Of a stretch of DNA of 64,000 bases, positions 51,455 through 63,215 are shown one piece after another. The stretch lies in NCBI GenBank assembly GCA_038087875.1, contig CM076000.1:2232001-2296000 (forward strand), read 5' to 3'. The notes beneath the pieces were generated by a model that saw only the letters and a list, made by a program, of their open reading frames with translations, made no database searches and was not told where the DNA came from. Positions within the stretch are counted from its first letter, which is position 1, and each line of letters starts with the position of its first letter. A program made the position numbers and the translations under genes. The DNA is from Malacoraja senta. Its lineage: Eukaryota.

Positions 51455-52057
51455 TCCTGAGAAGGCGTAGGAAGTTTGGCATGTCCCCAACAACTTTCAC
51501 CGACTTCACAACACGGTTTTAGAAATAGCTCCATCCAAGATCGCAAGAAATTGCAGAGAATTGTTGACGCAACCCAGACCATCACACAAACCAACCTCCC
51601 TTCTATTGGCTCCATTTATACCTCACGTTGTCTCGGCAAGGCCACCAGCATAATCAAGGACAAGTCTCACCATGGTCACTCCTTCTTCTCCCCTTTACCA
51701 TCGGGCAAAAGGTACAGAAGTGTGAAAACGCACACCTCCAGATTCAGGGACAGTTTCTTCTCAGCTATCAGGCAACTAAACCATCCTATCACCAACAAGA
51801 GAGCAGTCCTGAACTACTATCTACCTCAATGGAGACTCTCAGACTATCTTTGATCGGACTTTACTAGCTTTATCTTGCACTACACTTTATTCACATTAGT
51901 CCCTTTTTCATGTATCTGTAATTGTGAATGGCTCGATTAGAATCATGTATTGTCTTTCCGTTGATTGGTTAGCACACAACAAAAGCTTTTCATTGTACCT
52001 CGGTACACATGACAATAAACCAAACTCAACTCAACTCAACTCAACTCAACTCAACTC
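51455..52057 (+). mobile_element. Rex1/Babar 3' fragment
   Basis: ORF 51476-51853 DRKKLQRIVDATQTIT..LPSGKRYRS..FRDSFF; (CAACT)n tail. Confidence 0.85.
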
Positions 52058-53149
52058 CCATTTGTGTTGTATTTGTGATAAAAAGCCAAGGTTCTTAGTC
52101 TGAACTGTTTGTGCTGGCAATACTTCTGAAGACCGCGGTACAATCACGCCAACTGCTGTTTGTGGGTAAAGGAGTCTACACATCAGTTCCTTTATATCAA
52201 TTTAACCTTTTAAAGTAGATCAACTTTAGCCCTTCACAAAGTTCAGTAACATGATTTATAAAAGTGTGGACAGTTCAGGTTGTTAAATTATGTAGAGGTG
52301 CTCCCTCTAGTGAAATGCAGCTTTTTAATATCTATAATAAACCCATCTTTCAAATGCTTTAAAGTTATATCTTTAACTAATGGAACTGCAGATTCTAGTT
52401 TACACAAAAGGACATAAAGTGCTGGAATAACTCAGCGGGTCAGGCAGCATCTCTGGAGAACATACATAAGGGGACGTTTCAGGGCAGGACCCTTCTTCCT
52501 TTAAACAGGCTCTTTGGCCCACCAAGTCTATGCCGACCATTGATCCCCAATTGACATGAGTTCTATGTTATCCCACTTACTCATCCACTCTCTACATACT
52601 TGGGGCAATTTACAGAGGACGATTAATCTACAAACTGGCACGTCTTTGGGATATAGGAGGAAACCGGATCACCCAGATCCAGTTTTTTCGTATTTGTTTA
52701 GTTTAGTTTAGAGATTCAACGTGGAAACCGGCCCTTAGGCCCACCGAGTCCGTGCTGACCAACGATCCCTTTGTACTAACACTATCCTATATACTAGGGA
52801 CAATTTTACCAAAGCCAATTAACCTACAAATCTGTACATCTTTGGAATGTGGGAAGAAAATGGAGCACCAGGAGAAAACCGACGCGGTCACGGGGAGAAC
52901 GTATAAACTCCGTACAGACAATACATACATGTTCTTAGCTATTCTTAACTAAGTTAGGTATTATTCTTTATCTTAACACGTGTGTTTTCTGGAACATAAT
53001 TACATTAAGATACCTGATATAATCATGATTGATGCATTTTTAGATATCAAGGGATACAGCTTTAGTGCAGGAGTGGTGCTGAGCTGAAAGATCATTCAGA
53101 GTACCTTCTTGGATAGGTGCGCTCTGATTAGTAAAGTTGTCAGGAGTTA

Positions 53150-53950
53150 AGGGGCTGTCCCATGCGGGGACCTAATCTGCGAGTTTAGAAGAGTTTGCCC
53201 TCGACTCAAACTCGCAGCATGGTCGACACATGGTCCTATGAGGTCACTGGAACTCTCCTTCATGCTCGAGGGAAGTTCCCCGCATACTCGCGGCCTCAGC
53301 TAGGTCGCGGAAAAAATGTCAGCATGTTGAAACATTTTCCGCGAGTAAAAATTGGTCGGCAAGGTTCTTTTGAACTCGTAATGCAGTGGAGTGGGGTTGC
53401 TATGTAGTTACAGGCAGTCGAGGGCAGCTCTAGGCAATCTCCTTCGCTGACCGGGCATTTTAATTGGCTCATTGGAGTTTTCAGGACCAAGGAAAACCGA
53501 CCGGTAATGTAAAATGTCCGCTAAACTTTATTATAAGTGTCTCCACTCCTTCTCCCCCCTTCTCCCCCCCCTTCTCTCCCCCCTTCTCTCCCCTTCTCTC
53601 CCCTTGTCTCTCCTTCTCTCTCCCCTCTCTCCCTTTCTCACCCCTTCTCTCCCCCCCCCACCCCCCCCCCCCCCCGTGCTCTCTAAAGGACTTACCGTAC
53701 TGTGCAGCCGTCTTTTGGCTTCCTCTTCATCGTGGGTGTGAATTTCAGACAGCGCTCCCCCACTTTCCCTGGCCCCCGCCTTTGCGATGTGTTTGTGTGC
53801 GTGTGTGTGTGCGGTCGGTCGATCCAGCTCGCAGTTTCATCGCTGACGGTCGATCCAGCTCGAGGTTTTCCAGGCGAGTGCCCTCGAGCTTGAAGGTCGA
53901 AGACACTCTTCTGAACTCGCGGATTAGGTCGTCACAGTGGGACAGCCCCT
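53150..53950. mobile_element. PIF/Harbinger-type MITE
   Basis: ~45-bp imperfect TIRs AGGGGCTGTCCCA..GACCTAATC..GAGTT.AGAAGAGT; TSD TTA at 53147-53149 and 53951-53953. Confidence 0.9.
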
Positions 53951-53964
53951 TTATGGGGAGATGC

Positions 53965-54830
53965 ATGGCAGATGCAGTTTAATGTGGATAAATGTGAGGT
54001 TATCCACTTTGGTGGCAAAAACAGGAAGGCAGATTATAATCTGAATGGTGTCAAGTTGGGAAAATGGGAAGTGCAACGAGATCTGGGGGTCCTTGTTCAT
54101 CAGTCACTGAAAGTAAGCTTGCAGGTACAGCAGTCAGTGAAGAAAGCTAATGGCATTTTGGCCTTCATAACAAGAGGAGTTGAATACAGGAGCAAAGAGG
54201 TCCAGGGTACAGTTGTACAAGGCCCTAGTGAGACCACACCTGGAGTATTGTGTGCAGTTTTGGTCTCCAAATTTGAGGAAGGGCATTTTTGCTATTAAGG
54301 GAGTGCAGCGTAGGTTCACAAGGTTAATTCCCGGGATGGCGGGACTGTCATATGTTGAGAGAATGGAGCGGCTGGGCTTGTATACTCTGGAATTTAGGAT
54401 GAGAGGGGATCTTATTGAAACATATAAGATTATTAAGTGATTGGACACGCTATAGGCAGAGAAACATGTTCCCAATGTTGGGGGAATCCAGAACCAGGGA
54501 CCACAGTTTAAGAATTAGGGGTAGGCCATTTAGAACGGAGATGAGGAGAAACTTTTCACCCAGAGAGTTGTGAATCTATGGAGCTCCTGCACCTATTGTC
54601 TATTGAATTCTCTGCCTCAGAAGGCAGTGGAGGTCAATTCTCTAGATCGCTTTCAAGAGAGAGTTAGATAGAGCTCTTAAAGATAGTGGAGTCAGGGGAT
54701 ATGGCGAGAAGGCAGCAATGGGGTACTGATTGTGGATGATCAGCTATGACCATATTGAATGGCGGTGCTGGCTCGAAGGGCCGAATGGCCTACTCCTGCA
54801 CCTATTGTCTGTGGTCTATTGTCTATAAGG
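53965..54830 (+). mobile_element. CR1 3' fragment
   Basis: Translation [31 protein letters not shown]; 3' UTR with CTATTGT tail. Confidence 0.9.
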
Positions 54831-55209
54831 TGGGAGAATGGGGTTGAGAGGGAAGTTAGATCAACCATGATTGAATGGTGGAGTAGACTTGATGGGCCAA
54901 ATACCCTAATTCTGCTCTTAAACTTATGAACTTATGGACATGAGAAAAAGGATGGGTAACATTTCTGATCCATTCTCCTGCCATCTCCCATAACTCCTGA
55001 CATCCGTATTAATCAAGAGACTCTGAACAAGGATAGTGACCCGAAACATCACCCATCCTTTTTCACCACAGATGCTGCCTGACCCGTTCAGTTTCCCCAG
55101 CACTTTGTGTACAAACTAGCATCTACAGTTCTTTCCTACACTCAATGAAACACTGATTCAGCACAAGAAGAGATTTGCATCCATTTCTGGCCATTACATA
55201 AATAATTTT

Positions 55210-55610
55210 GATAATAGAATAGAATGCCTTTTATTATTATTCAAACAGACAAGGTTTGAACGAAATTTCATTCCTACAGTCATGACATTACAAAAAAAAC
55301 CAAGACACACACTTAACACAATTTACACAAACATCCATCACAGTGAATCTCCAACACCTCCTCACTGTGATGGAAGGCAAAAGTCTTATCTCTTCCCTTT
55401 GTTCTTCTCCCGCGGTCCAGCAGTCCAACTGCAGCGTCGAGGCGACTGGGGCTCACGATGTTAAAGCCCCCGGCAGGCGATGGTAAGTCCCGCGGCCATT
55501 TAAGCCGCGCCGTGTGATGTTAGGCCCCGTTCCGAGTCATTTAAACCCCGCGATTCCGGCAGGAGAAGTTGCCGTTGCAGGAGCTCCAAAAAGCGGTCTC
55601 CCGCACCCAG
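55210..55610 (-). mobile_element. 3' part of the GC-rich non-autonomous retroposon
   Basis: 13-bp stem TCCATCACAGTGA/TCACTGTGATGGA, AATAAA and (CTATT)n tail on the minus strand; runs into the gap. Confidence 0.7.
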
Positions 55611-55810
55611 NNNNNNNNNNNNNNNNNNNNNNNNNNNNNNNNNNNNNNNNNNNNNNNNNNNNNNNNNNNNNNNNNNNNNNNNNNNNNNNNNNNNNNNNNN
55701 NNNNNNNNNNNNNNNNNNNNNNNNNNNNNNNNNNNNNNNNNNNNNNNNNNNNNNNNNNNNNNNNNNNNNNNNNNNNNNNNNNNNNNNNNNNNNNNNNNNN
55801 NNNNNNNNNN
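55611..55810. other. Assembly gap (200 N)
   Basis: Run of N. Confidence 1.
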
Positions 55811-57087
55811 GGGTCGCGGACGGTTCCATAGGTTGAGTAAGTCGAGATAGATATCAGAGCCGGCCCTGTGTGAGTGTTCCATTAGTTCTTTTGCACTTTT
55901 TACAGTGTGCTCGGCCAGGCCATTGGACTACAGGTGATGTGGTGAAAGTCCCAGTTTTCTGTGAAATCCCTGAAGAGCTGACTGGAGAATTGAGTTCCAT
56001 TGTCTGAGAGTAGCTTTAGGGGTGTGTTAGGCGCTCCCCCTCCCGGTCAATGTTATGTATTAACATTTCTCTGTTTCTTTCCCGAGTGCAGGCCTTGTGG
56101 CTGTGAGTCTGGACATTAAGGGGTTAAAAGGCTCCTGTACCCGATTGGCCAAGCTGCGTCAGGTGACGGGTGACTCATCTGAAGCATAAATACCAGAGTT
56201 CCCAGAATTCTCTCTCTTTCTTCGACGACCCTGCCTCGTGAGCTGATTGCTGGTGTGAGCTGTGGAAGGCCTGGCCACATGGCATAGAACTTTGTGTAGT
56301 ACCAAATATTGAATTGGGATGGACAAGGGCTGTCCTTTGAAGTTTTCGGTATTTTGGTTTCAGGGTTAGACTTCTTTTAGGCAGGTTTAGAGTCTCAGGT
56401 TCGACGGTCCATCGCGTGGCTGGCCTGAGCACTTTTAAATTGTTTGTTAGTTCATCCCTATCCCTGACTGGGTTGTTTGAATCAGGTTTGGGTTGTTGTG
56501 TGGTCCATTGAATAATTAAACTATCTTTGAACTTAAACCTGGTTTTTGAACTATGTTACGCGGCTCTGGATTACCTGCTTTCGGGAGTCGTAACAGGGTG
56601 CTCCGTGGACAGAGAAGTGGCGAGTGAGTTTTTGAATGACCATGGCTGAGGTCGGGCTGCTGAGCAGGTCAATTTCAAACCATCCTGAGTAGGAACCGAC
56701 TAGAACCAGGTATTGTTTGCCGTGCCACTCGAAGATGTCGGCTGCTACTGTGGACCAAGGTAGGTCCGGTGTGGGGTGCGGGAGAAATGGTTGTTTCTGT
56801 TGGTGTGGGGTCAGGCTATTGCAAATTGGGCAGGCAGCAACTTTCTTGAGAATGTAGTCAGCCATGTCAAGCCAGAAACGCATACCGTTTGCATGTTGGA
56901 GGGTTGTTTCTGCAGCAGGATGGCCCACAGGGACAATATCGAAGTACTTGCTGTGAAAAGTCGTCGGGATGACTGCCTTATGTCCTTTCATTATAATGCC
57001 GTCTTGAATGACCAGTTCGTCGCGGACGGGGTAGAATGGCTTGTGGCAAGTGGTGCTGTTTGTCTGGCTAGCCACAGCGGATGACAA
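55811..57087 (-). pseudogene. Gypsy integrase split by a solo LTR
   Basis: GHP..CPIC..PWSTVAADIF..HGAP | LKLLSDNGTQFSSQLFRDF..NGLAEHTVKSAK. Confidence 0.9.
56025..56595 (+). mobile_element. Solo LTR (571 bp) of a different LTR family
   Basis: Termini TGTTA..TAACA; TSD GGGTG at 56020-56024 and 56596-56600; reverse CCAAT (ATTGG ~56144), TATA-like CATAAATA ~56186, ATTAAA ~56515. Confidence 0.9.
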
Positions 57088-57700
57088 TGGCCAGCGATTG
57101 TAGTGTTTTGTCTGCAGCTGTTGGTGACACTAGGATGTCTAAGCCCGTGGATGGAAAGCAGTAGACCATCATAACCATGTACCCCTCGTGCTCACCATCA
57201 GACAGGTGTTTTTCGCAGGTTGGGCGAGGTGCCCGTGAGAGGCTGTCAGCTAAGTGCATGTCCTTACCGCGTTTGTAGGTTAGTCTGATGTCATATCTCT
57301 GTAGTTCCATCATCATGCTTTGAAAACGCGCTGGTGCTGTGTGGATTGGTTTACTGAGGATACTGACCAGGGGCTGGTGATCGGTTTCAACCGTGATCGG
57401 GTTGCCAAAGATAAAGTCTTTGAATTTCTTGCGGGCAAAGGTTACTGTGAGTAGCTCCTTCTCGATTTGAGTGTAGCGCTGTTCAGTGACGGTCATGGTG
57501 CGGGAGGCATAAGCAACCGGTCTTGGACCCTTCCCGTCGTCTTGTGGGCAAGTGGTGCCCAGTCCATACTGGGAGGCATCACAGGTGAGGGTGACGGGTA
57601 ACTCGGCATTGAAGTATGTGAGGGTTGGAGCGCAAGACATTAGTTGTGTGAAGGTTTCAAATGCCCTCTGCTGGTGTTGGTGCCAGGACCAGTGCATATC
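57068..57700 (-). pseudogene. Gypsy RNase H region
   Basis: LTCDASQYGLG..PVAYASR..YTQIEKELL..ETDHQPL..ADSLSR. Confidence 0.9.
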
Positions 57701-60700
57701 ATAGAAACATAGAAACATAGAAAATAGGTGCAGCAGTAGGCCATTCGGCCCTTCGAGCCTGCACCGCCATTCGATATGATCATGGCTGATCATCCAACTC
57801 AGTATCCTGTACCTGCTTTCTCTCCATACCCCCTGATCCCTTTAGCCACAAGGGCCACATCTAACTCCCTCTTAAATATAGCCAATGAACTGGCCTCAAC
57901 TACCTTCTGTGGCAGAGAATTCCAGAGATTCACCACTCTCTGTGTGAAAAATGTTTTCCTCATCTCGGTCCTAAAAGATTTCCCCCTTATCCTTAAACTG
58001 TGACCCCTTGTTCTGGACTTCCCCAACATCGGGAACAATCTTCCTGCATCTAGCCTGTCCAACCCCTTAAGAATTTTGTACGTTTCTATAAGATCCCCCT
58101 CAATCTTCTAAATTCTAGCGAGTATAAACCGAGTCTATCCAGTCTTTCTTAATATGAAAGTCCTGACATCCCAGGAATCAGTCTGGTGAACCTTCTCTGC
58201 ACTCCCTCTATGGCAAGAATGTATTTCCTCAGATTAGGAGACCAAAACTGTACGCAATACTCCAGGTGTGGTCTCACCAAGACCCTGTACAACTGCAGTA
58301 GAACCTCCCTGCTCCTATACTCAAATCCTTTTGCTATGAATGCTAACATACCATTCGCCTTCTTCACTGCCTGCTGCACCTGCATGCCTATTTTTAATGA
58401 CTGGTGTACCATGACACCCAGGTATCGTTGCATCTCCCCTTTTCCTAATCGGCACCATTCAGATAATAGTCTACTTTCCTGTTTTTGCCACCAAAGTGGA
58501 TAACCTCACATTTATCCACATTATACTGCATCTGCCATGCATTTGCCCACTCACCCAGCCTATCCAAGTCACCTTGCAGCCCCCGAGCATCCTCCTCACA
58601 GCTAACACTGCCCCTGAGATTTGTGTCATCCGCAAACTTGGAGATGTTGCATTCAATTCCCTCGTCCAAATCATTAATATATATCGTAAATAGCTGGGGT
58701 CCCAGCACTGAGCCTTGCGGTACCCCACTAGTCACTGCCTGCCATTGTGAAAAGGACCCGTTTACTCCTACTCTTTGCTTCCTGTCTGCCAGTCAGTTCT
58801 CTATCCACATCAATACTGAACCCCCAATACCGTGTGCTTTAAGTTTGTATACTAATCTCTTATGTGGGACCTTGTCGAAAGCCTTCTGAAAGTCCAGATA
58901 TAACACATCCACTGGTTCTCCCTTATCCACTCTACTAGTTACATCCTCGAAAAATTCTATAAGATTCGTCAGACATGATTTACCTTTCATAAATCCATGC
59001 TGACTTTGTCCAATGATTTCACCACTTTCCTAATGTGCTGCTATCCCATCTTTAATAACTGATTCTAGCAGTTTCCCCACTACCGACGTTAGACTAACTG
59101 GTCTGTAATTCCCCGTTTTCTCTCTCCCTCCCTTTTTAAAAAGTGGGGTTACATTAGCTACCCTCCAATCCTCAGGAACTACTCCAGAATCTAAAGAGTT
59201 TTGAAAAATTATCACTAATGCATCCACTATTTCTGGGGCTACTTCCTTAAGTACTCTGGGATGCAGCCTATCTGGCCCTGGGGATTTATTGGCCTTTAAT
59301 CCATTCAATTTACCTAACACCACTTCCCGGCTAACCTGGATTTCACTCAGTTCCTCCATCTCATTTGACACCCGGTCCCCTGCTATTTCCGGCAGATTAT
59401 TTATGTCTTCCTTAGTGAAGACAGAACCAAAGTAGTTATTCAATTGGTCTGCCATGTCCTTGTTCCCCATGATCAAATCACCTGTTTCTGACTGCAAGGG
59501 ACCTACATTTGTTTTAACTAATCTTTTTCTCTTCACATATCTATAAAAGCTTTTGCAGTCAGTTTTTATGTTCCCTGCCAGTTTTCTTTCATAATCTATT
59601 TTCCCTTTCCTAATTAGGCCATTTGTCCTCCTCTGCTGGACTCTGAATTTCTCCCAGTCCTCTGGTAGGCTGCTTTTCCTGGCTAATTTGTACGCTTCAT
59701 GTTTTGTTTTGATACTATCCCTGATTTCCCTTGTTATCCACGGATGCACTACCTTCCCTGATTTATTTTTTTGCCAAACTGGGATGAACAATTGTTGTAG
59801 TTCATCCATGCAGTCTTTAAATGCCTTCCATTGCATATCTACCTTCAACCCATTAAGAATCAATTGCCAGTCTATCTTGGCCAATTCACTTCTCATACCC
59901 TCAAAGTTACCTTTCTTTAAGTTCAGGACCCTTGTTTCTGAATTAACAATGTCACTCTCCATCCTAATGAAAAACTCAACCATATTATGGTCACTCTTGC
60001 CCAAGGGGCCACGTACAACAAGACTGCTAACTAACCCTTCCTCATTACTCAATACCCAATCTAGAATAGCCTGCTCTCTCGTTGGTTCCTCTACATGTTG
60101 GTTTAGAAAACTATCCCGCATACATTCCAAGAAATCCTCTTCCTCAGCACCCTTGCCAATTTGATTCACCCAATCTATATGTAGATTGAAGTCACCCATT
60201 ATAACTGTTTTACCTTTGTTGCACGCATTTCTAATTTCCTGTTGGATGTCATCCCCAACTCCACTACTACTGTTAGGTGGCCTGTACACAACTCCTACTA
60301 GTGTTTTCTGCCTCTTGGTGTTTCGCAGCTCTACCCATATCGATTCCACATCCTCCAAGCTAATGTCCTTCCTTTCTATTGCGTTAATCTGCTCTCTAAC
60401 CAGCAACACTACCCCACCTCCTTTCCCTTTCTGTCTATCCCTCCTGAATATTGAATATCCCTGGATGTTCAGCTCCCAGCCTTGGTTACCCTGGAGCCAT
60501 GTCTCCGTGATCCCAACTATATCATAGTCATTAATAGCTATCAGCACATTCAACTCATCCACTTTATTACAAATGCTCCTTGCATTGAGACACAAAGCCT
60601 TCAGGCTTGTTTTTACAACACTCTTACCCCTTATACAATTATGTTGAAAAGTAGCCCTTTTTGATTTTTGCCCTAGATTTGTCTGCCTGCCAGCCACTTT

Positions 60701-61292
60701 TACTTTTCACCTTGCTACCTATTGCTTCTACCCTCATTTTACACCCCTCTGTCTCTATGCTCACACATTTAAGAAACCCTTTCCCTTTAACTCCATCCTC
60801 AACTATCCCATTCGACACCCCACCCCCCTTATTCAGTTAAAACCACCCGTGTAGCAGTGGCAAACCTGCCTGCCAGAATGCTGGTCCCCCACCTGTTAAG
60901 ATGCAATCCGTCCCTTTTGTACAGTTCCCTTTTACTCCAAAACAGATCCCAGTGATCTAAGAATCTAAATCCCTGCCCCGTGCACCAGTTCCTCAGCCAC
61001 ACATTCAGGTCCCGTATCTCCCTGTTCCTGCTCTCGCCAGCACAAGGAACTGGAAGCAAACCGGAGATAACAACCCTGGAGGTCCTGCTTTTCAGCATTT
61101 TTCCGAGCTCTCTAAAGTCACGCTGCAGAATATTCATTCCCTTCTTTCCGACATCGTTTGAGCCGACATGCACTACCACTTCCGGCTGTTCACCTTCGCC
61201 CTTGAGGATTTTCTGCACTCTGTCCGTGACATCCTGGATCCTGGCACCAGGAAGGCAGCACACCATCCCCGAATCCCGTCTGTTGCCGCAGA
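57700..61292 (-). mobile_element. Near-full-length CR1 LINE inserted in Gypsy pol
   Basis: ORF1 SGNH esterase domain, ORF2 APE and RT with several stops/frameshifts, (TTTCTATG)n tail at 57700-57720. Confidence 0.95.
59030..60697 (-). CDS. CR1 ORF2 N-terminal half (AP endonuclease), ending at a premature stop
   Basis: Motifs LNARS, ITETW, GGGV, YRPP, MGDFN, SDH; TAG where the sister copy has TTG (49053-49055). Confidence 0.85.
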   Translation of the reverse strand: MAGRQTNLGQKSKRATFQHNCIRGKSVVKTSLKALCLNARSICNKVDELNVLIAINDYDIVGITETWLQGNQGWELNIQGYSIFRRDRQKGKGGGVVLLVREQINAIERKDISLEDVESIWVELRNTKRQKTLVGVVYRPPNSSSGVGDDIQQEIRNACNKGKTVIMGDFNLHIDWVNQIGKGAEEEDFLECMRDSFLNQHVEEPTREQAILDWVLSNEEGLVSSLVVRGPLGKSDHNMVEFFIRMESDIVNSETRVLNLKKGNFEGMRSELAKIDWQLILNGLKVDMQWKAFKDCMDELQQLFIPVWQKNKSGKVVHPWITREIRDSIKTKHEAYKLARKSSLPEDWEKFRVQQRRTNGLIRKGKIDYERKLAGNIKTDCKSFYRYVKRKRLVKTNVGPLQSETGDLIMGNKDMADQLNNYFGSVFTKEDINNLPEIAGDRVSNEMEELSEIQVSREVVLGKLNGLKANKSPGPDRLHPRVLKEVAPEIVDALVIIFQNSLDSGVVPEDWRVANVTPLFKKGGREKTGNYRPVSLTSVVGKLLESVIKDGIAAH

Positions 61293-61755
61293 AATTTGGG
61301 ATGAATTTTCCCAAGTAGTTTACCATGCCTAGAAATCGTTGTAGAGCTGTGACGTCCGTAGGTGCTGGCATTTTGTTGATGACAACGGTTTTAGACGGGT
61401 CTGGCCTGAGTCCGTTGTTGGTGAACACGTGGCCCACATAAGTCACTTTGTCGACCCGAAACCTGCACTTGAGGGGGTTGAGTTTGAGATTTACTTCTCT
61501 GGCACGATCCAGGACCTGCTTCAGGTTTGAGTCATGTTCTTGTGCGTTGCGCTCGGCGATCAGAATGTCGTCCACGATTATGTCGCATGGGTAGCCAGTA
61601 AAGAGTTGTTCCATAGTACGTTGGAAAACCTCACTGGCTGAATTGATGCCAAATGGCATTTGTAAGAATTTGTAGCGTCCAAATGGCGTTGCGAATATGG
61701 TTAACATGGAGGATGCATGGTCTAGTGGTATTTGCCAAAAATGAGTTCTTTGCAT
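60829..61755 (-). pseudogene. Chimeric ORF: Gypsy RT C-half fused in frame to CR1 ORF1 esterase
   Basis: ..LGMVNYLGKFIPNF|CGNRRDSGMVCCLPGA..HVGSND..DGLHLN; junction at 61291-61293. Confidence 0.85.
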
Positions 61756-62686
61756 CTAGGTCAGAGAAGACTGTGGCTTTACCCAGGTTGGCTGCAACCT
61801 CTTCCATCATCCGCATTGGGTGGTGTGGTCGTTTGATGGCAGTGTTTAAATCTTTAGGGTTGATGCAGATCCTTATTTCGTCTTTGTTTTTCTTGACTGC
61901 TGCGACCATGGTGGAGACCCAGGAGGAGGGGTCGTTGACAGGGGCTATCACACCCAGTGTTTCCATTCTGTCAAGTTCAGCTTTGACGCAGTCCTTCATT
62001 GCATGCGGGAACGGTGAGGAGAACGAACGACAGGTATGACTTCCTTGTCGGTTACAATGCTGTATTGTGTGGGAAGCTTGCCCAGCTGGTTGTCAAAAAG
62101 GTCTTTGTATTGTTCGAGTAGTTGTTGGGTGGGACTTTGAGAGGTAGACAGCTGGTACACAGTTTTGCCGAAGAAGACTAAGTTCATATTGCGGCATGCA
62201 TCAATGCCCAGAAGGAGGGGCACTTCCCCTCTAATGATGAAAAAAATCAAGGTTGTAAAATTGAGACGCTAGATGGCATTGTAATGTGACCGTACCAACT
62301 GGTTGCAACTCCCCCCCCACCAAATGAATGTAACTTTGAGTTTGTTTTCATGACAGTTTCGTTGTTGTGAATTCTTTGGAAGTCTGATAGAGAGACGACA
62401 TTACATCTTGGCCCGGTATCTATCATTGCAGCAACTTTGGTATTGTTGATACTGAGCATTGTCATGGGATCACTGTTGGTAGATGGTGAATATTCCAATC
62501 AGCAGCTTTGGCTTGCAGACACGACCTGCACGTGTACGGTAGTACCCCTCGTGCAACGGTGTGGGGAGCAGCTCCCAGGTGGGCAGCATCTATGAAAATT
62601 CCGAATTCCACTTCGAAGATGCACCAACGTTCGGCAAGTTCACTGTCGAACACCAAAGGATCTGGTTTACGGAAAGAACCTGCCAT
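61631..62686 (-). pseudogene. Gypsy gag remnant, aspartic protease and RT N-terminus (frameshifted)
   Basis: ORFs 62462-62686, 62247-62498 (IDTGPRCNV), 61996-62250 (LLGID) and 61631-61999 (RICINPKDLN..LDAK). Confidence 0.85.
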
Positions 62687-62747
62687 GGTTCGTTGTTAAA
62701 AAAATTAACTAAATTCAGGCAAAAGACTTGGAGACGTGGCTCAAGAC

Positions 62748-62757
62748 TCTGACACCA
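62748..62757 (-). promoter_or_regulatory. Primer-binding site, tRNA-Leu-like
   Basis: TGGTGTCAGA directly after the LTR end ..ACA on the minus strand. Confidence 0.75.
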
Positions 62758-63007
62758 TGTTTATGAATGATCCACAGCAACACACATAGTGAAGATCAAT
62801 CTTTATTCCACAGGCAAACAGGAACATTCAAACAGCCAGCCATTCTCATCTATCTAGGCTGGCTTGTGAGAGAGAGAGAGAAAGAGAGCTGACTGACCTT
62901 GCTAGTGTAAAGCTGTGTAGTTCCGTAATACCATGTAAAGGGTGGCATGCACATATGTGTAGTGGAGATTATAAATGGCATGGATTAATAACGGTAGTCT
63001 ACTGAAC

Positions 63008-63215
63008 CTGACTATGGGTGCTGTCTGTACGGAGTTTGTATGTTCTCCCTGTGAATGTGGGTTTTCTTTGGGTGCTCCAGTTTCCTTCCACATTCCAAAG
63101 ACGTACAGTTTTGTAGGTTAATTGGCTTCGGTAAAAAAATTGTAAATTGTTCCTAGTGTGCCGGATTGTGCTAGTATGTGGGGTGATTGTTGGTCAGGGC
63201 CTATTTCCGCGCTGG
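63008..63215 (+). mobile_element. HE1/V-SINE-like SINE missing its head (abuts the Gypsy LTR)
   Basis: Begins CTGACTATGGGTGCTGTC, immediately after the B-box position. Confidence 0.75.

Larger units (their letters stand above)
55811..63007 (-). mobile_element. Decayed Ty3/Gypsy LTR retrotransposon (gag-PR-RT-RH-IN), 3' end in the gap
   Basis: 5' LTR ~62758-63007; PBS; gag MAGSFRKPDPL; protease IDTG; RT IVDD; RNase H DASQYGLG..EKELL; integrase DNG..NGLAE. Confidence 0.95.

Noticed and set aside
55500..55882. ORFs spanning X residues
   Set aside because: Artefacts of the N gap; only the minus-strand part right of the gap is integrase.
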